Part shown: piece after piece, positions 18,161-26,516 of the stretch
How positions within the stretch are numbered: position 1 is the first letter of the stretch
Layout: each line of letters begins with the position of its first letter
Virus record (IMG/VR): IMGVR_UViG_3300028588_000040
Coordinates: 1 to 42,869 of that record
DNA from: a virus
Lineage: Duplodnaviria > Caudoviricetes
Length of the DNA: 42,869 bases
Strand: one strand, 5' to 3'
Program-made: the position numbers and the translations under genes
Notes under the pieces: model-generated
Seen by the model: only the letters and a program-made list of their open reading frames with translations
Told to the model about the DNA's origin: nothing
Databases searched by the model: none

Positions 18161-18391
18161 TTATTTTTTACCGTAAAACATTTTTTTCAATTCCTTTTCC
18201 ACATCACTCTCCTCCTCCATGATGTTTTTATAAAGCTCCGGTTCATGACACTTAATACAAAACTCACACCAAAAAACTCCCGTTTCTCCCATCGAGTTAA
18301 CCCGTTGCAATGGCCTAATCATTACAGAAATGCCACATTTACCACACGCTCCCGGCTTATCCTCAAAAACAAATTTTACCTCTTTACTCAT
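18161..18391 (-). CDS. Small zinc-finger protein
   Basis: CGKC..CEFC. Confidence 0.65.
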   Translation of the reverse strand: MSKEVKFVFEDKPGACGKCGISVMIRPLQRVNSMGETGVFWCEFCIKCHEPELYKNIMEEESDVEKELKKMFYGKK

Positions 18392-18429
18392 AGCATTAAA
18401 CGATTTAATCCCCCGTTTGGAGGATTTTA

Positions 18430-18690
18430 TTAATTCTTACTTGGAAGCTTTACAGATTTTCTAATTCTTTTTTCGGCTCTGCGCTTTTCTTTTCTTTTGG
18501 CCTTAATTAATTTTCTGATCAATTTGCCTCCAATCTTTATAACCTCCCCAATTACCACAACTCCTAACAATATAACCCAGAAAATAACTAAATCCGTGTT
18601 ATCCGTATAAATCTGTAATCTTAAATTATTTACTACACAAATAGCAATCAAAACTATTATAGTAAATCTTTCACTCCCTAAATATTTCAT
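18430..18690 (-). CDS. Small membrane protein (2 TM, basic tail)
   Basis: Two hydrophobic segments then Lys/Arg-rich C-terminus. Confidence 0.65.
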   Translation of the reverse strand: MKYLGSERFTIIVLIAICVVNNLRLQIYTDNTDLVIFWVILLGVVVIGEVIKIGGKLIRKLIKAKRKEKRRAEKRIRKSVKLPSKN

Positions 18691-18713
18691 GTTTTTTTTG
18701 AAATTAATTTATT

Positions 18714-18744
18714 AAAAAAATGCGGGGCAAATTGTCCCCGCATT
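18714..18744 (-). terminator. Intrinsic terminator
   Basis: ATGCGGGGACAA-T-TTGCCCCGCAT followed by T run. Confidence 0.75.
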
Positions 18745-18773
18745 CACTTATTTTCTTTTGTGCGCCTGTTTTA

Positions 18774-19181
18774 TTACCCAAAATAATAACATTGCCCCAC
18801 GGATTGCAAATAATTTAGCTTTCTATAAATTACGTCCCTCATTGTACCATCGATCGCCGTAAACGAATAATATTTATTTTGGTACTTAATGGAACCACCG
18901 ACCGCTCCGGCTTCCATACCCATACACTCAATGACTGCCGGACCGGTATAACTTCCAACTCCGCCCTCAAAATCTGTAATTATTGAAGTCATAAGCAAAC
19001 GCACCTCATAAGGCAATTCTGCAAATGAAACAATTGGGCCAACTTGCGGCCCGTTGTAATCGGATGCCGTAACCTCTTTTTTAACCTGGTCCCCTCCAGA
19101 CAATTCAACTGAATCATCATTGCTGCATGATCCACAAAGCATAACTAAACTCAACCCCAAAACTCCTAAAAACTTTTTCAT
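18774..19181 (-). CDS. Lipoprotein, probably surface-exposed
   Basis: MKK-hydrophobic-lipobox GSC followed by SNDD (acidic Bacteroidota export-signal-like). Confidence 0.75.
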   Translation of the reverse strand: MKKFLGVLGLSLVMLCGSCSNDDSVELSGGDQVKKEVTASDYNGPQVGPIVSFAELPYEVRLLMTSIITDFEGGVGSYTGPAVIECMGMEAGAVGGSIKYQNKYYSFTAIDGTMRDVIYRKLNYLQSVGQCYYFG

Positions 19182-19199
19182 AATAAAATGATTTTAAAT

Positions 19200-19266
19200 T
19201 TGCCTACTCTGTTAGTTTTTCGGCATCCCCTCGCACCTCAAAACCCCGCTTATTTCTAGGCGGGGT
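19200..19266 (-). ncRNA. Candidate structured 5' element (hairpin plus bulged-G-like stem)
   Basis: ACCCCGC..GCGGGGT hairpin then TGCC-GAAAA..AGTA-GGCA. Confidence 0.4.
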
Positions 19267-19292
19267 AATGATTAATAGCGCCCTCTAAAACA

Positions 19293-19535
19293 CTATAATT
19301 TATTTTTAAACTCCTCAATTTCCTCTGGGGTCTTATAATCCTCATCCAGAATAATAACGGTTTCATACGCAATGGGTTTAGCCCCGGAATCCTCCGAAAA
19401 ACCCACTCTTTTCAAATAAATGCTTTGCGCTCCTCCCACCTCAAAATCAGTAGTACCACCAATAATGCAAATATCTGTATAATCTGATAAATCCGGGTTA
19501 TCAGCAATAAACTTTTTTAAATCTTTTAATACCAT
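19293..19535 (-). CDS. Hypothetical acidic protein
   Basis: 80 aa, first gene after boxed promoter. Confidence 0.65.
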   Translation of the reverse strand: MVLKDLKKFIADNPDLSDYTDICIIGGTTDFEVGGAQSIYLKRVGFSEDSGAKPIAYETVIILDEDYKTPEEIEEFKNKL

Positions 19536-19557
19536 GATTGCTTTTTTAAATTCTTTG

Positions 19558-19621
19558 TAAATGTAGTTATTATTTCAATACAAAACGCAATTATAATTAT
19601 TATTTCTTTACAAAAGCTAAT
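19558..19621 (-). promoter_or_regulatory. Boxed promoter (variant -7 TACATTTA, two AAATAATAA boxes)
   Basis: Same layout as other boxed promoters; 30 nt identical to 37696-37725. Confidence 0.55.
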
Positions 19622-19985
19622 CTTTTGGTTTGTAAGCCTCAATTACTTTATTTAATGCTAAAAGTTTTTTCGAAAGTGTATCATGCTCTTTTAACAATGA
19701 AATATAAAATCCATCCGGCTCCTCAATCTTTTCCTCCAATTCTGGCTCAAAATTCAAATTATCAATCCTCTCCTCCCTAACTTCCTTTTCAATATATCCA
19801 AACGGCATTTTGTGAAATTCCGCAAACTTTTTGGCCAAATCATAAACCTCATCATCATCCGCATACATTTTGTAAACTCCTGCATCTTTCGCTTTTTGGA
19901 TAAATATTTTTTTAGGCTTGTTTCCGTATCTTTCAATAAGACTTTTTAAAATTTCTCTCCTAATCGCTTCCGTTTTTTTTTCCAT
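19617..19985 (-). CDS. Hypothetical protein
   Basis: 122 aa ORF in operon. Confidence 0.65.
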   Translation of the reverse strand: MEKKTEAIRREILKSLIERYGNKPKKIFIQKAKDAGVYKMYADDDEVYDLAKKFAEFHKMPFGYIEKEVREERIDNLNFEPELEEKIEEPDGFYISLLKEHDTLSKKLLALNKVIEAYKPKD

Positions 19986-19988
19986 AAC

Positions 19989-20261
19989 TTACAGATATTC
20001 GTTTAAATCAAATCCCTCAATCTCAATTTTGGCCTTCAATTCTTTTAAATTTCTTTTCCATCCCCGGCGGTCCCCCTTCATATATTCCTCATGGTTTTCC
20101 AAATCGTCCGAAATTGTTTTCGCCTCCTCAATCAAATCATTAATTTGATCCTCTTTACTAAAACACTCATCGCAAACCAACTCTTTTGTTAAAGGTCCTT
20201 TTCTGGTTTCGTGAAGCTCGACAACTTCGCCACATCTTTCACATGGCACTGGCATTTCCAT
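19989..20261 (-). CDS. Zinc-finger/coiled-coil protein
   Basis: CERC..CDEC. Confidence 0.7.
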   Translation of the reverse strand: MEMPVPCERCGEVVELHETRKGPLTKELVCDECFSKEDQINDLIEEAKTISDDLENHEEYMKGDRRGWKRNLKELKAKIEIEGFDLNEYL

Positions 20262-20483
20262 TTATTTCTTTTTTAAAATTAATAATACTCCAGCAACCGG
20301 AAACAAGCCCCACCATTCCGAAATTGGAAGCGTTGGCGTTTCTGGCTCCGGCTCTGGCTCCGGGTCGTTCCCGTGGCATGGATGCCACCACGGGTGACCA
20401 TCACCCGGATAGTGACCGTTACAATTCCCCCCGGCGTTAACCTCAAACGATATTAACAATAACAAAATTATTAATGCTTTCAT
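20262..20483 (-). CDS. Secreted miniprotein with exosortase-type (PID/IPTL-CTERM-like) sorting signal
   Basis: Signal peptide ending VNA, Cys/His-rich core, PEPEPEPE linker, PTLPISEW motif, TM, KKK. Confidence 0.65.
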   Translation of the reverse strand: MKALIILLLLISFEVNAGGNCNGHYPGDGHPWWHPCHGNDPEPEPEPETPTLPISEWWGLFPVAGVLLILKKK

Positions 20484-20485
20484 AA

Positions 20486-20749
20486 CTAAATTTTTTTAAA
20501 TTTAAGTTCCAATTCCTTTAACAAAAGCCTTTCTTTTTCAAGCTCATAAGCCACGAAAGAAATTAATTTATTATCATCAATCGGAATTTCAAAATTTGAT
20601 GCTGCTGAATTTTTAAACATAACCACCAGCCTATCCGCTCTATACACACCCAAATAAGCCTTTTGAGCCTCTAATGCTTTAATCCTTACCTCTGTTTTTA
20701 TGATTTGGTCGTTCAAATCATTAATGTATTTCAAATCTTCTAAATTCAT
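20486..20749 (-). CDS. Hypothetical protein
   Basis: 87 aa coiled-coil ORF. Confidence 0.65.
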   Translation of the reverse strand: MNLEDLKYINDLNDQIIKTEVRIKALEAQKAYLGVYRADRLVVMFKNSAASNFEIPIDDNKLISFVAYELEKERLLLKELELKFKKI

Positions 20750-20755
20750 AATATG

Positions 20756-20986
20756 CTATTTTAATTGTTTTTCTAAATTTTTCCAGCCCCGCCCGTCCTT
20801 TATTCCTTTGCCGGTATGCCAACCGCTATACGGGTAATAAGTGATAACATTGCCATTAAATAAAAAGCAAATCATTTTATTTGTTTCAACTACTATCTCA
20901 AAGCCCAGAGCCGTAACCGCATCAACCGCTTTACTCAATCGCTCCGGCTCTAACCTTTTTTCTCTGTCTTGATCCAACCTAGCCAT
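20756..20986 (-). CDS. Conserved-looking phage hypothetical protein
   Basis: YYPYSGW..GRGWKNL motif. Confidence 0.7.
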   Translation of the reverse strand: MARLDQDREKRLEPERLSKAVDAVTALGFEIVVETNKMICFLFNGNVITYYPYSGWHTGKGIKDGRGWKNLEKQLK

Positions 20987-21171
20987 TACCCAAAAACCTC
21001 ATAATTATTATAAGTTTCAATTCTATTTCCGGAATTTACACACTCATAAACGTAAATATCTCTTACTTGATGCTCACGCAATTCTTTTCCAATAAAAACA
21101 CAAGTGTTATCACTCGTGGCCATTTTAAAGGTTTGTCCCTTTTTTAAATCTGATAATTTTAAATTTGCCAT
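20986..21171 (-). CDS. Hypothetical protein
   Basis: 61 aa, coupled to next gene. Confidence 0.6.
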   Translation of the reverse strand: MANLKLSDLKKGQTFKMATSDNTCVFIGKELREHQVRDIYVYECVNSGNRIETYNNYEVFG

Positions 21172-21214
21172 AACTTTTATAAATTTTGTCCCCTCGTTAA
21201 AGGGGACAATTAAA

Positions 21215-21376
21215 CTATTTTAAAATTTCTTTTATTCTGTCTGCTATAATTTTTGAACCCTCTGGCGTTAACATTTCGGCCTTTGCTTGCTCCGGGCTTG
21301 CACCGTTAGCAATACATTGTTTAAAATATTCAAACCCGATTTCGTTTATTGCTATTTGTTGTAATAAGTTTTGCAT
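21215..21376 (-). CDS. 53-aa protein, paralogue A
   Basis: Core nearly identical to 38978..39145; start set at MQNLL. Confidence 0.8.
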   Translation of the reverse strand: MQNLLQQIAINEIGFEYFKQCIANGASPEQAKAEMLTPEGSKIIADRIKEILK

Positions 21377-21399
21377 GATGTTTATTTTTAAATTCTCTG

Positions 21400-21455
21400 T
21401 AAAGATAATTATTATTTTAATACACACAAACAAAATGATTATTATTTTAATACAA
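21400..21455 (-). promoter_or_regulatory. Boxed promoter (-33 TTTG, 19 nt, -7 TATCTTTA; two TATTAAAATAATAAT boxes)
   Basis: Direct repeat about 30 nt apart. Confidence 0.65.
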
Positions 21456-22994
21456 TTATTCTTTTCTTCTTTTGCCTAACGTCCCGGCGTGTGATATAAT
21501 CCCCTTTTTATTGTCAGTATGATCAACCGCAATAGTTAAACAGTCAACCTCATCATCCGCTTTCATGTACGGGAAACCGCCCACTTGTGCCAAAAATGGC
21601 TCAACAAATAACGCATCCTCCAAAAGATAAACCCGGCCGGCTTCAACGTATGGCGATGCCGCTTTAACCCTAACCTCCTTATCATCCGTTGGGGCCTTAT
21701 CCAGAATAATATTTAATTTGGTGTATCGCTTCAATGTTTGCGCCGCCGGCATCCCGGAGGCTTTTGGTTCAATCCATATACGGGATGATTTTCCGTAACC
21801 ATTAGCAACAACAAACTCCTTTATAAATTTAACCAAATCCGGTAACTCTTTATGTACTGATTGAACTGATCTAACGTACATATTGCCCCGGAAATAACAA
21901 AAGGCCATTATTGAACTCGCATCGTTTGCCTCATTCGCTGTAAATGCCCCATCAACTGAAAAATTCCAAACCAATTTAACGTTATCCTTTCGGGCCTCCT
22001 CCTCCAGCTCGTGCATACGAAAACGCCGGAACCATGATTTTTTAAGTAAATTACCGTCTGACGGTATCGGGTCTTGATCGTATTGCCCAGAAAATCCATA
22101 GCTCCCCAAATCCAAACGGAACGCCGCTAAATCATCATGGCTCAATCGCACCGGGTCAAATAGCCCATCTTTGTAATATTTCCGCAAAACGGGCGGGTAC
22201 ACTTTGCCATTATCCTCCGCCGGCAATCTTATCAACCTCCATTTGTCCCGTTGCTTATCTAAAAAATATCCCGTTGGGTCCTCCTCTGCTAACCGCTGCA
22301 TAACCAAAATACGCAAACCTTTTGAACGTCTTTTAAAACGGTTCGCCATTGTTTGCGTTAGCCAATCAATCACATTTTTAACCCCGGCCTTACTCTTTGC
22401 AGTTTTCGGGTTTATCGGATCGTCATAAATATGAATATCAAAATGCTTTCCGGTTGCCGCACCTCCTCCGACCGCAACCGCCACACGCAACCCCATTTTA
22501 TCGTTGGCATATTCCCTTTGCGTGTTTTTGTCATGCTTTAACCTAAATTTGTCCCCCCAATTTTTCACAAACCACTCACTCTCTAAAATGTCCCTCGTTT
22601 TAACGGTGTGATCCTTTGCCAAATCCAAATCATACGAACCGGAAATTATTCGCCTTGTAGGGTCCTTAACCCAAACCCACGCCGGCAAAATCTTTGTAAC
22701 AATGGAACTCTTTGACGTTGCTGGCGAAATGTTAATAATTAAATCGTGTTCTTTGTCCTCATCCCTTAAAACCCGCTCAATTTCATTTTGTAAAACATCA
22801 CATAAATATTTGATATGCCAATTACACGTTAAAGGCGTGGACGGTTCCAAAACCTCCCAAGCCTGTTTAAAAAATTCAAAGTAGCTACTTTCCGCTAAAT
22901 TCTTTTTATAAATCCGTATCAGTTCCAATGCACGGGCTTTTTGCTCATCATTTAAACTCTCCAGAACTTCAACGGCTATACTTACATCAATCAT
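21456..22994 (-). CDS. terL: Terminase large subunit
   Basis: Walker A variant INISPATSKS, Walker B IYDDP, MQRL motif III, YDQDP, nuclease VDGA..DDEVD. Confidence 0.93.
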   Translation of the reverse strand: MIDVSIAVEVLESLNDEQKARALELIRIYKKNLAESSYFEFFKQAWEVLEPSTPLTCNWHIKYLCDVLQNEIERVLRDEDKEHDLIINISPATSKSSIVTKILPAWVWVKDPTRRIISGSYDLDLAKDHTVKTRDILESEWFVKNWGDKFRLKHDKNTQREYANDKMGLRVAVAVGGGAATGKHFDIHIYDDPINPKTAKSKAGVKNVIDWLTQTMANRFKRRSKGLRILVMQRLAEEDPTGYFLDKQRDKWRLIRLPAEDNGKVYPPVLRKYYKDGLFDPVRLSHDDLAAFRLDLGSYGFSGQYDQDPIPSDGNLLKKSWFRRFRMHELEEEARKDNVKLVWNFSVDGAFTANEANDASSIMAFCYFRGNMYVRSVQSVHKELPDLVKFIKEFVVANGYGKSSRIWIEPKASGMPAAQTLKRYTKLNIILDKAPTDDKEVRVKAASPYVEAGRVYLLEDALFVEPFLAQVGGFPYMKADDEVDCLTIAVDHTDNKKGIISHAGTLGKRRKE

Positions 22995-23004
22995 TGCAAT
23001 TTAT

Positions 23005-23385
23005 TTAGGCCATTAAAAACCCTTTTACCACCAAATACAAATCAATCTTTAAATGATAGGCATTAATAATTAAAAAAATCAGTAAACACAACGTTACAAA
23101 CGAATCAATAACAATCATAAAAACAAATTTTTTAGGTACAAAACTCAACAACAAAATTATTAAAAAAACCACCCATTGCCCAGAAAACAAACCCACAAAA
23201 ATCCAAATCAAATACATCAAATTTAATACTGTAACATTTCTCTGGTTATTGGTCCACTCCTCAAACGGCTTTCCCTTCAATGCCTTAACACTTTCCTTGA
23301 ATTTTTTAGCCCTAACCGGCTTCACTAAACACATAAGCTCCCACAAAATCGGTAAAATAGTGATCAAATAAAAAATATGCTTCAT
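23005..23385 (-). CDS. Membrane protein (3-4 TM)
   Basis: Several hydrophobic segments. Confidence 0.7.
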   Translation of the reverse strand: MKHIFYLITILPILWELMCLVKPVRAKKFKESVKALKGKPFEEWTNNQRNVTVLNLMYLIWIFVGLFSGQWVVFLIILLLSFVPKKFVFMIVIDSFVTLCLLIFLIINAYHLKIDLYLVVKGFLMA

Positions 23386-23424
23386 AATAATTTTTTTTAC
23401 GCTGTCCCCAGCTTTTTGTTAATA

Positions 23425-23901
23425 CTAAATTTCTGTCCCTTTTTCCTTTTGAGCAATCAACCCTAAAGCCTTTAACTCCTTAATAATTTCCTCTTGTGCC
23501 ATGTCCCCCGTTGTGACAATTTTAACCTCAAATTTATCAATACCCGTTAGGCTCGACAAATCCCGGCGTATCATCCGGGCAACATTGTACTCTTTGGCCT
23601 CATAAGCTTTTTTATAAAGATCAGATAATTGATAAATCGCCAATCCAAACTCCTCCTCAATATCTAATTTCTCCTTGCTAACCTCCTTTAATTTGATTTT
23701 GGCCTTTGCTATGTAATTATCAATTTGCCTTTCATTTACGCCCCATTTCGCTTCATCTGTAACATATTGCATAATATCGTAACGCCTTGCGCCTCGCACC
23801 ATTTGCTTAACAATTTCCAAAACCCTAGCATCTGCGGTCAATTCGTCGGCTTTTGGCTTATTTACTTTTGGCTTTTTCGTGGTTTCCTTTGGTTTCATCA
23901 T
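23425..23901 (-). CDS. terS: Terminase small subunit (putative)
   Basis: HTH then helices then SLTGID tail; two genes upstream of terL. Confidence 0.7.
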   Translation of the reverse strand: MMKPKETTKKPKVNKPKADELTADARVLEIVKQMVRGARRYDIMQYVTDEAKWGVNERQIDNYIAKAKIKLKEVSKEKLDIEEEFGLAIYQLSDLYKKAYEAKEYNVARMIRRDLSSLTGIDKFEVKIVTTGDMAQEEIIKELKALGLIAQKEKGTEI

Positions 23902-23918
23902 TTTAACATTTTACTCAA

Positions 23919-23926
23919 CAAATATA
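23919..23926 (-). promoter_or_regulatory. -7 element upstream of terS (no box)
   Basis: TATATTTG. Confidence 0.6.
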
Positions 23927-23949
23927 AGCTTTAATTGTATTGTATTACT

Positions 23950-24306
23950 CTATATGGTTTCTTGTAATGGATTATCTGGCGTAATACTCCCGGTTTCATC
24001 ATTTTTCTCATTCATTTCCGCTAATTGCTTCAAATGAAGTATAAATAAATCCCGTTGCTTTGTTTCAAATCCTCTCCACCAATACCTCCCCCCGATATAA
24101 TCAACATCAAAATAAAAACATGAATTAACGCTTTGAGTAGGCTTGTTTTTTTCAAGGTTCTCACTAATAGCAAATGCCTCCGCTTTTGTTATAAATTTAT
24201 AATAAACCAAATCGCTAATGGCTGAACAAATACCCGACTTATACCAGCGTTTATCACCTATCCAATAAGTATAAAGAATACTATAAAGCTCACTTAATTT
24301 TCTCAT
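23950..24306 (-). CDS. Hypothetical protein
   Basis: 118 aa, GICSAI..YWW..R pattern. Confidence 0.65.
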   Translation of the reverse strand: MRKLSELYSILYTYWIGDKRWYKSGICSAISDLVYYKFITKAEAFAISENLEKNKPTQSVNSCFYFDVDYIGGRYWWRGFETKQRDLFILHLKQLAEMNEKNDETGSITPDNPLQETI

Positions 24307-24533
24307 AAAAATTTTCCTTTAATTCTTATATACTCCATAAAATCAATTTCATAATATCCAATGTAACAAGTTTTTTTATTGCCGTTTTTGGATTTTCTTT
24401 TTTCTTTGTAACTTTTTGTTTTCATAACGCTACAATTAACCCCTGTAATCCCTCCCGAAGTTCTCAAAGCAATAAAATCAATATTTATCATTGCTCTCTC
24501 AACTTGCGATATTGTCAAATACACGCCTTTCAT
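24303..24533 (-). CDS. Hypothetical protein
   Basis: 76 aa coupled ORF. Confidence 0.55.
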   Translation of the reverse strand: MKGVYLTISQVERAMINIDFIALRTSGGITGVNCSVMKTKSYKEKRKSKNGNKKTCYIGYYEIDFMEYIRIKGKFL

Positions 24534-24534
24534 A

Positions 24535-24996
24535 CTATTTTAGCATTATCATACAATCAATAAGAACTCCCCGGCTACATAATTCAATATCAAACCGGCT
24601 TTTGAAGTTTTCCGCCGTTTCCTGTTTTCTGGCCAAACCCCTAAACGCCCAATCAAAAACCAATTGTTTTTCGTTACCATCTTTTGCCTCTTTGAAACGT
24701 TCAGCAACAACCTCCCAGCTTTTTGCCTTTTCTATATTTTGATCACCAGCCGGAACAGCTCTTTTAAATATTGGCGTGTTTTTCGCTTCTTTAACCAAAT
24801 CATAATAATCCTCCAAATTAAATGGCTCCGGGATCAATTCAAAAGCCTTGTTTCTCTCCTCCAGAGCAATCCCCGCATAAAGAAACGCTTTTTTAACCTC
24901 CTCCCTAATTTCGTAATGCTCAAAATATTTTCTCTTTATTATTTCAACCGCTACGGCATCAATAAACTCTAAATCTGATTTATTTACTTTTATCAT
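24535..24996 (-). CDS. Hypothetical protein
   Basis: 153 aa ORF. Confidence 0.7.
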   Translation of the reverse strand: MIKVNKSDLEFIDAVAVEIIKRKYFEHYEIREEVKKAFLYAGIALEERNKAFELIPEPFNLEDYYDLVKEAKNTPIFKRAVPAGDQNIEKAKSWEVVAERFKEAKDGNEKQLVFDWAFRGLARKQETAENFKSRFDIELCSRGVLIDCMIMLK

Positions 24997-25150
24997 AATC
25001 TTTTGCTTTTTTGTCCGCCGCCTCTTTTGCCCGGCTGGCTATTTTTTTAATAAATTCTTTTTGTTTCTCAACCGGAATATTATTTAGTGGATCATCACTA
25101 ATAACAAAATTTTTCTCCAGCGGGTCCGAACTTCTTTTATCTTTTTTCAT
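24980..25150 (-). CDS. 56-aa hypothetical protein (not in ORF track)
   Basis: MKKDKRSSDPLEK..DYDKSK; fills gap and overlaps both neighbours. Confidence 0.6.
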   Translation of the reverse strand: MKKDKRSSDPLEKNFVISDDPLNNIPVEKQKEFIKKIASRAKEAADKKAKDYDKSK

Positions 25151-25394
25151 TTTCGGGGTTTTTAAATATCAAAACTCCTTTTTGCTGATCTCCAACCAAA
25201 CCGCCAATACTATCCATTTGAACCATCACCAAATCTTTTAAATCAAATCGAACTATTAAAGCGGAATCTTTCAAATTTTCCAATACCTTTTTAAACTTCT
25301 CAAAATCATTTTTTCTATTAGTTAAATCAATTTTCTTTGCTTTTTTCAAATGAATCCTAAAATGATTTAATCGCTTTTTGCCCTTCTTTGCCAT
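25137..25394 (-). CDS. Hypothetical protein
   Basis: 85 aa ORF. Confidence 0.6.
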   Translation of the reverse strand: MAKKGKKRLNHFRIHLKKAKKIDLTNRKNDFEKFKKVLENLKDSALIVRFDLKDLVMVQMDSIGGLVGDQQKGVLIFKNPENEKR

Positions 25395-25398
25395 AATA

Positions 25399-25782
25399 TT
25401 AATTTAATTGCGTTAATGAATTTCTCCTAAACCATTGTTTAAATGGTTCCTTTTGATTTATTGTTGGCGGAAATTCTACCAAATAACATCCCCTTTTTTT
25501 ATAATGCCCAAACCTTACAACTGTCCCAATTGCATTAAAATTTTTTCTGGTAATCCTGTTTTGTTTCCAAATACAAATTTTTTTACCTACCAAATCCAAT
25601 GCAGTATCATATAATTTTACGGGAGGCGTTACCAACTCAATAGGATTAACCCAAACCCCATTTTTTCCACCAATAGTAACAACAAAACCCTCCTCTTTGT
25701 TTATTTCTGAAACTATAAAATTTTCGCAACTATAATCTTCATGCGAAACAATTGCCCCTATTTTTACAAAATCTTTTTTCAT
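25399..25782 (-). CDS. Hypothetical protein (possible SH3/KOW-like repeats)
   Basis: 127 aa beta-rich. Confidence 0.6.
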   Translation of the reverse strand: MKKDFVKIGAIVSHEDYSCENFIVSEINKEEGFVVTIGGKNGVWVNPIELVTPPVKLYDTALDLVGKKICIWKQNRITRKNFNAIGTVVRFGHYKKRGCYLVEFPPTINQKEPFKQWFRRNSLTQLN

Positions 25783-25788
25783 TTTTTC

Positions 25789-26085
25789 TTATTTATTTCC
25801 CCGCATTTTCCCAATTGGTTTTTTTGCCGGCTTTTCCCGTTTTATTTTCCGGTTGTAGAAATTAGTTTCCTCCTCAATAAATTTTTCATGCTTTTCCGCT
25901 TGCAACTGCTGCTCCGTCACGTTCTTTTTTATGCTGGTCAAATGGTAAAAATCACATGACGGGCATTTGTACGCTTTCGATCGTCTGGCTTGCTTTTGCT
26001 TGATTAATTTTGCATTAACATAATCCGCCCTATCTTTTGCTAAATCGAACGTTTTAAATACGGTTTTTTCAGATATACAATACAT
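25789..26085 (-). CDS. Zinc-finger protein
   Basis: KAYKCPSCDFYHLTS; start moved to MYC downstream of promoter. Confidence 0.65.
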   Translation of the reverse strand: MYCISEKTVFKTFDLAKDRADYVNAKLIKQKQARRSKAYKCPSCDFYHLTSIKKNVTEQQLQAEKHEKFIEEETNFYNRKIKREKPAKKPIGKMRGNK

Positions 26086-26114
26086 TATAATAAGGCTTAT
26101 TTTTAAATTCATTA

Positions 26115-26145
26115 CAAATATAATTATTATTTTCACATAAACAAC
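26115..26145 (-). promoter_or_regulatory. Boxed promoter
   Basis: TTG-19 nt containing AAAATAATAAT-TATATTTG. Confidence 0.75.
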
Positions 26146-26169
26146 TATTGTTTAAAATTTATTTTAAAC

Positions 26170-26198
26170 AAAAAAAAGAGGCTAAAAAAGCCTCTTTT
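26170..26198 (-). terminator. Intrinsic terminator
   Basis: AAAAGAGGCT..AGCCTCTTTTTTTT. Confidence 0.8.
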
Positions 26199-26214
26199 AA
26201 TTTATTAATAAATC

Positions 26215-26514
26215 TTATTCGCTGAAAAAATAAACCTCTCCTTTTCTGGCAACAATTGCCTCCCCAGAAATATCCGCCTCAACCCCATCACTATCCAAAT
26301 AAAACTCACCTCCCGGCAAATAGTCCGTTATCGGTTCCGCAACTTCCGTAGAAGGGTTAATATAATCGCATTCTAAAATAACGGCCGCATTTATTACCGC
26401 TTTCGGATTTTCCCCAACTAAAACAAAAATTTTTTTCTTTAACTGATCCTCATTCAAACCCCTCAAAAATTCCAGCATATCGCCCAAATTTTCAATTTTA
26501 ACATTTCCAATCAT
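26215..26514 (-). CDS. Hypothetical acidic protein
   Basis: 99 aa ORF. Confidence 0.65.
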   Translation of the reverse strand: MIGNVKIENLGDMLEFLRGLNEDQLKKKIFVLVGENPKAVINAAVILECDYINPSTEVAEPITDYLPGGEFYLDSDGVEADISGEAIVARKGEVYFFSE

Positions 26515-26516
26515 TT

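Noticed and set aside
19283-19291. GTTTTAGAG resembling a Cas9 repeat start
   Set aside because: Only 9 nt, single copy, no array
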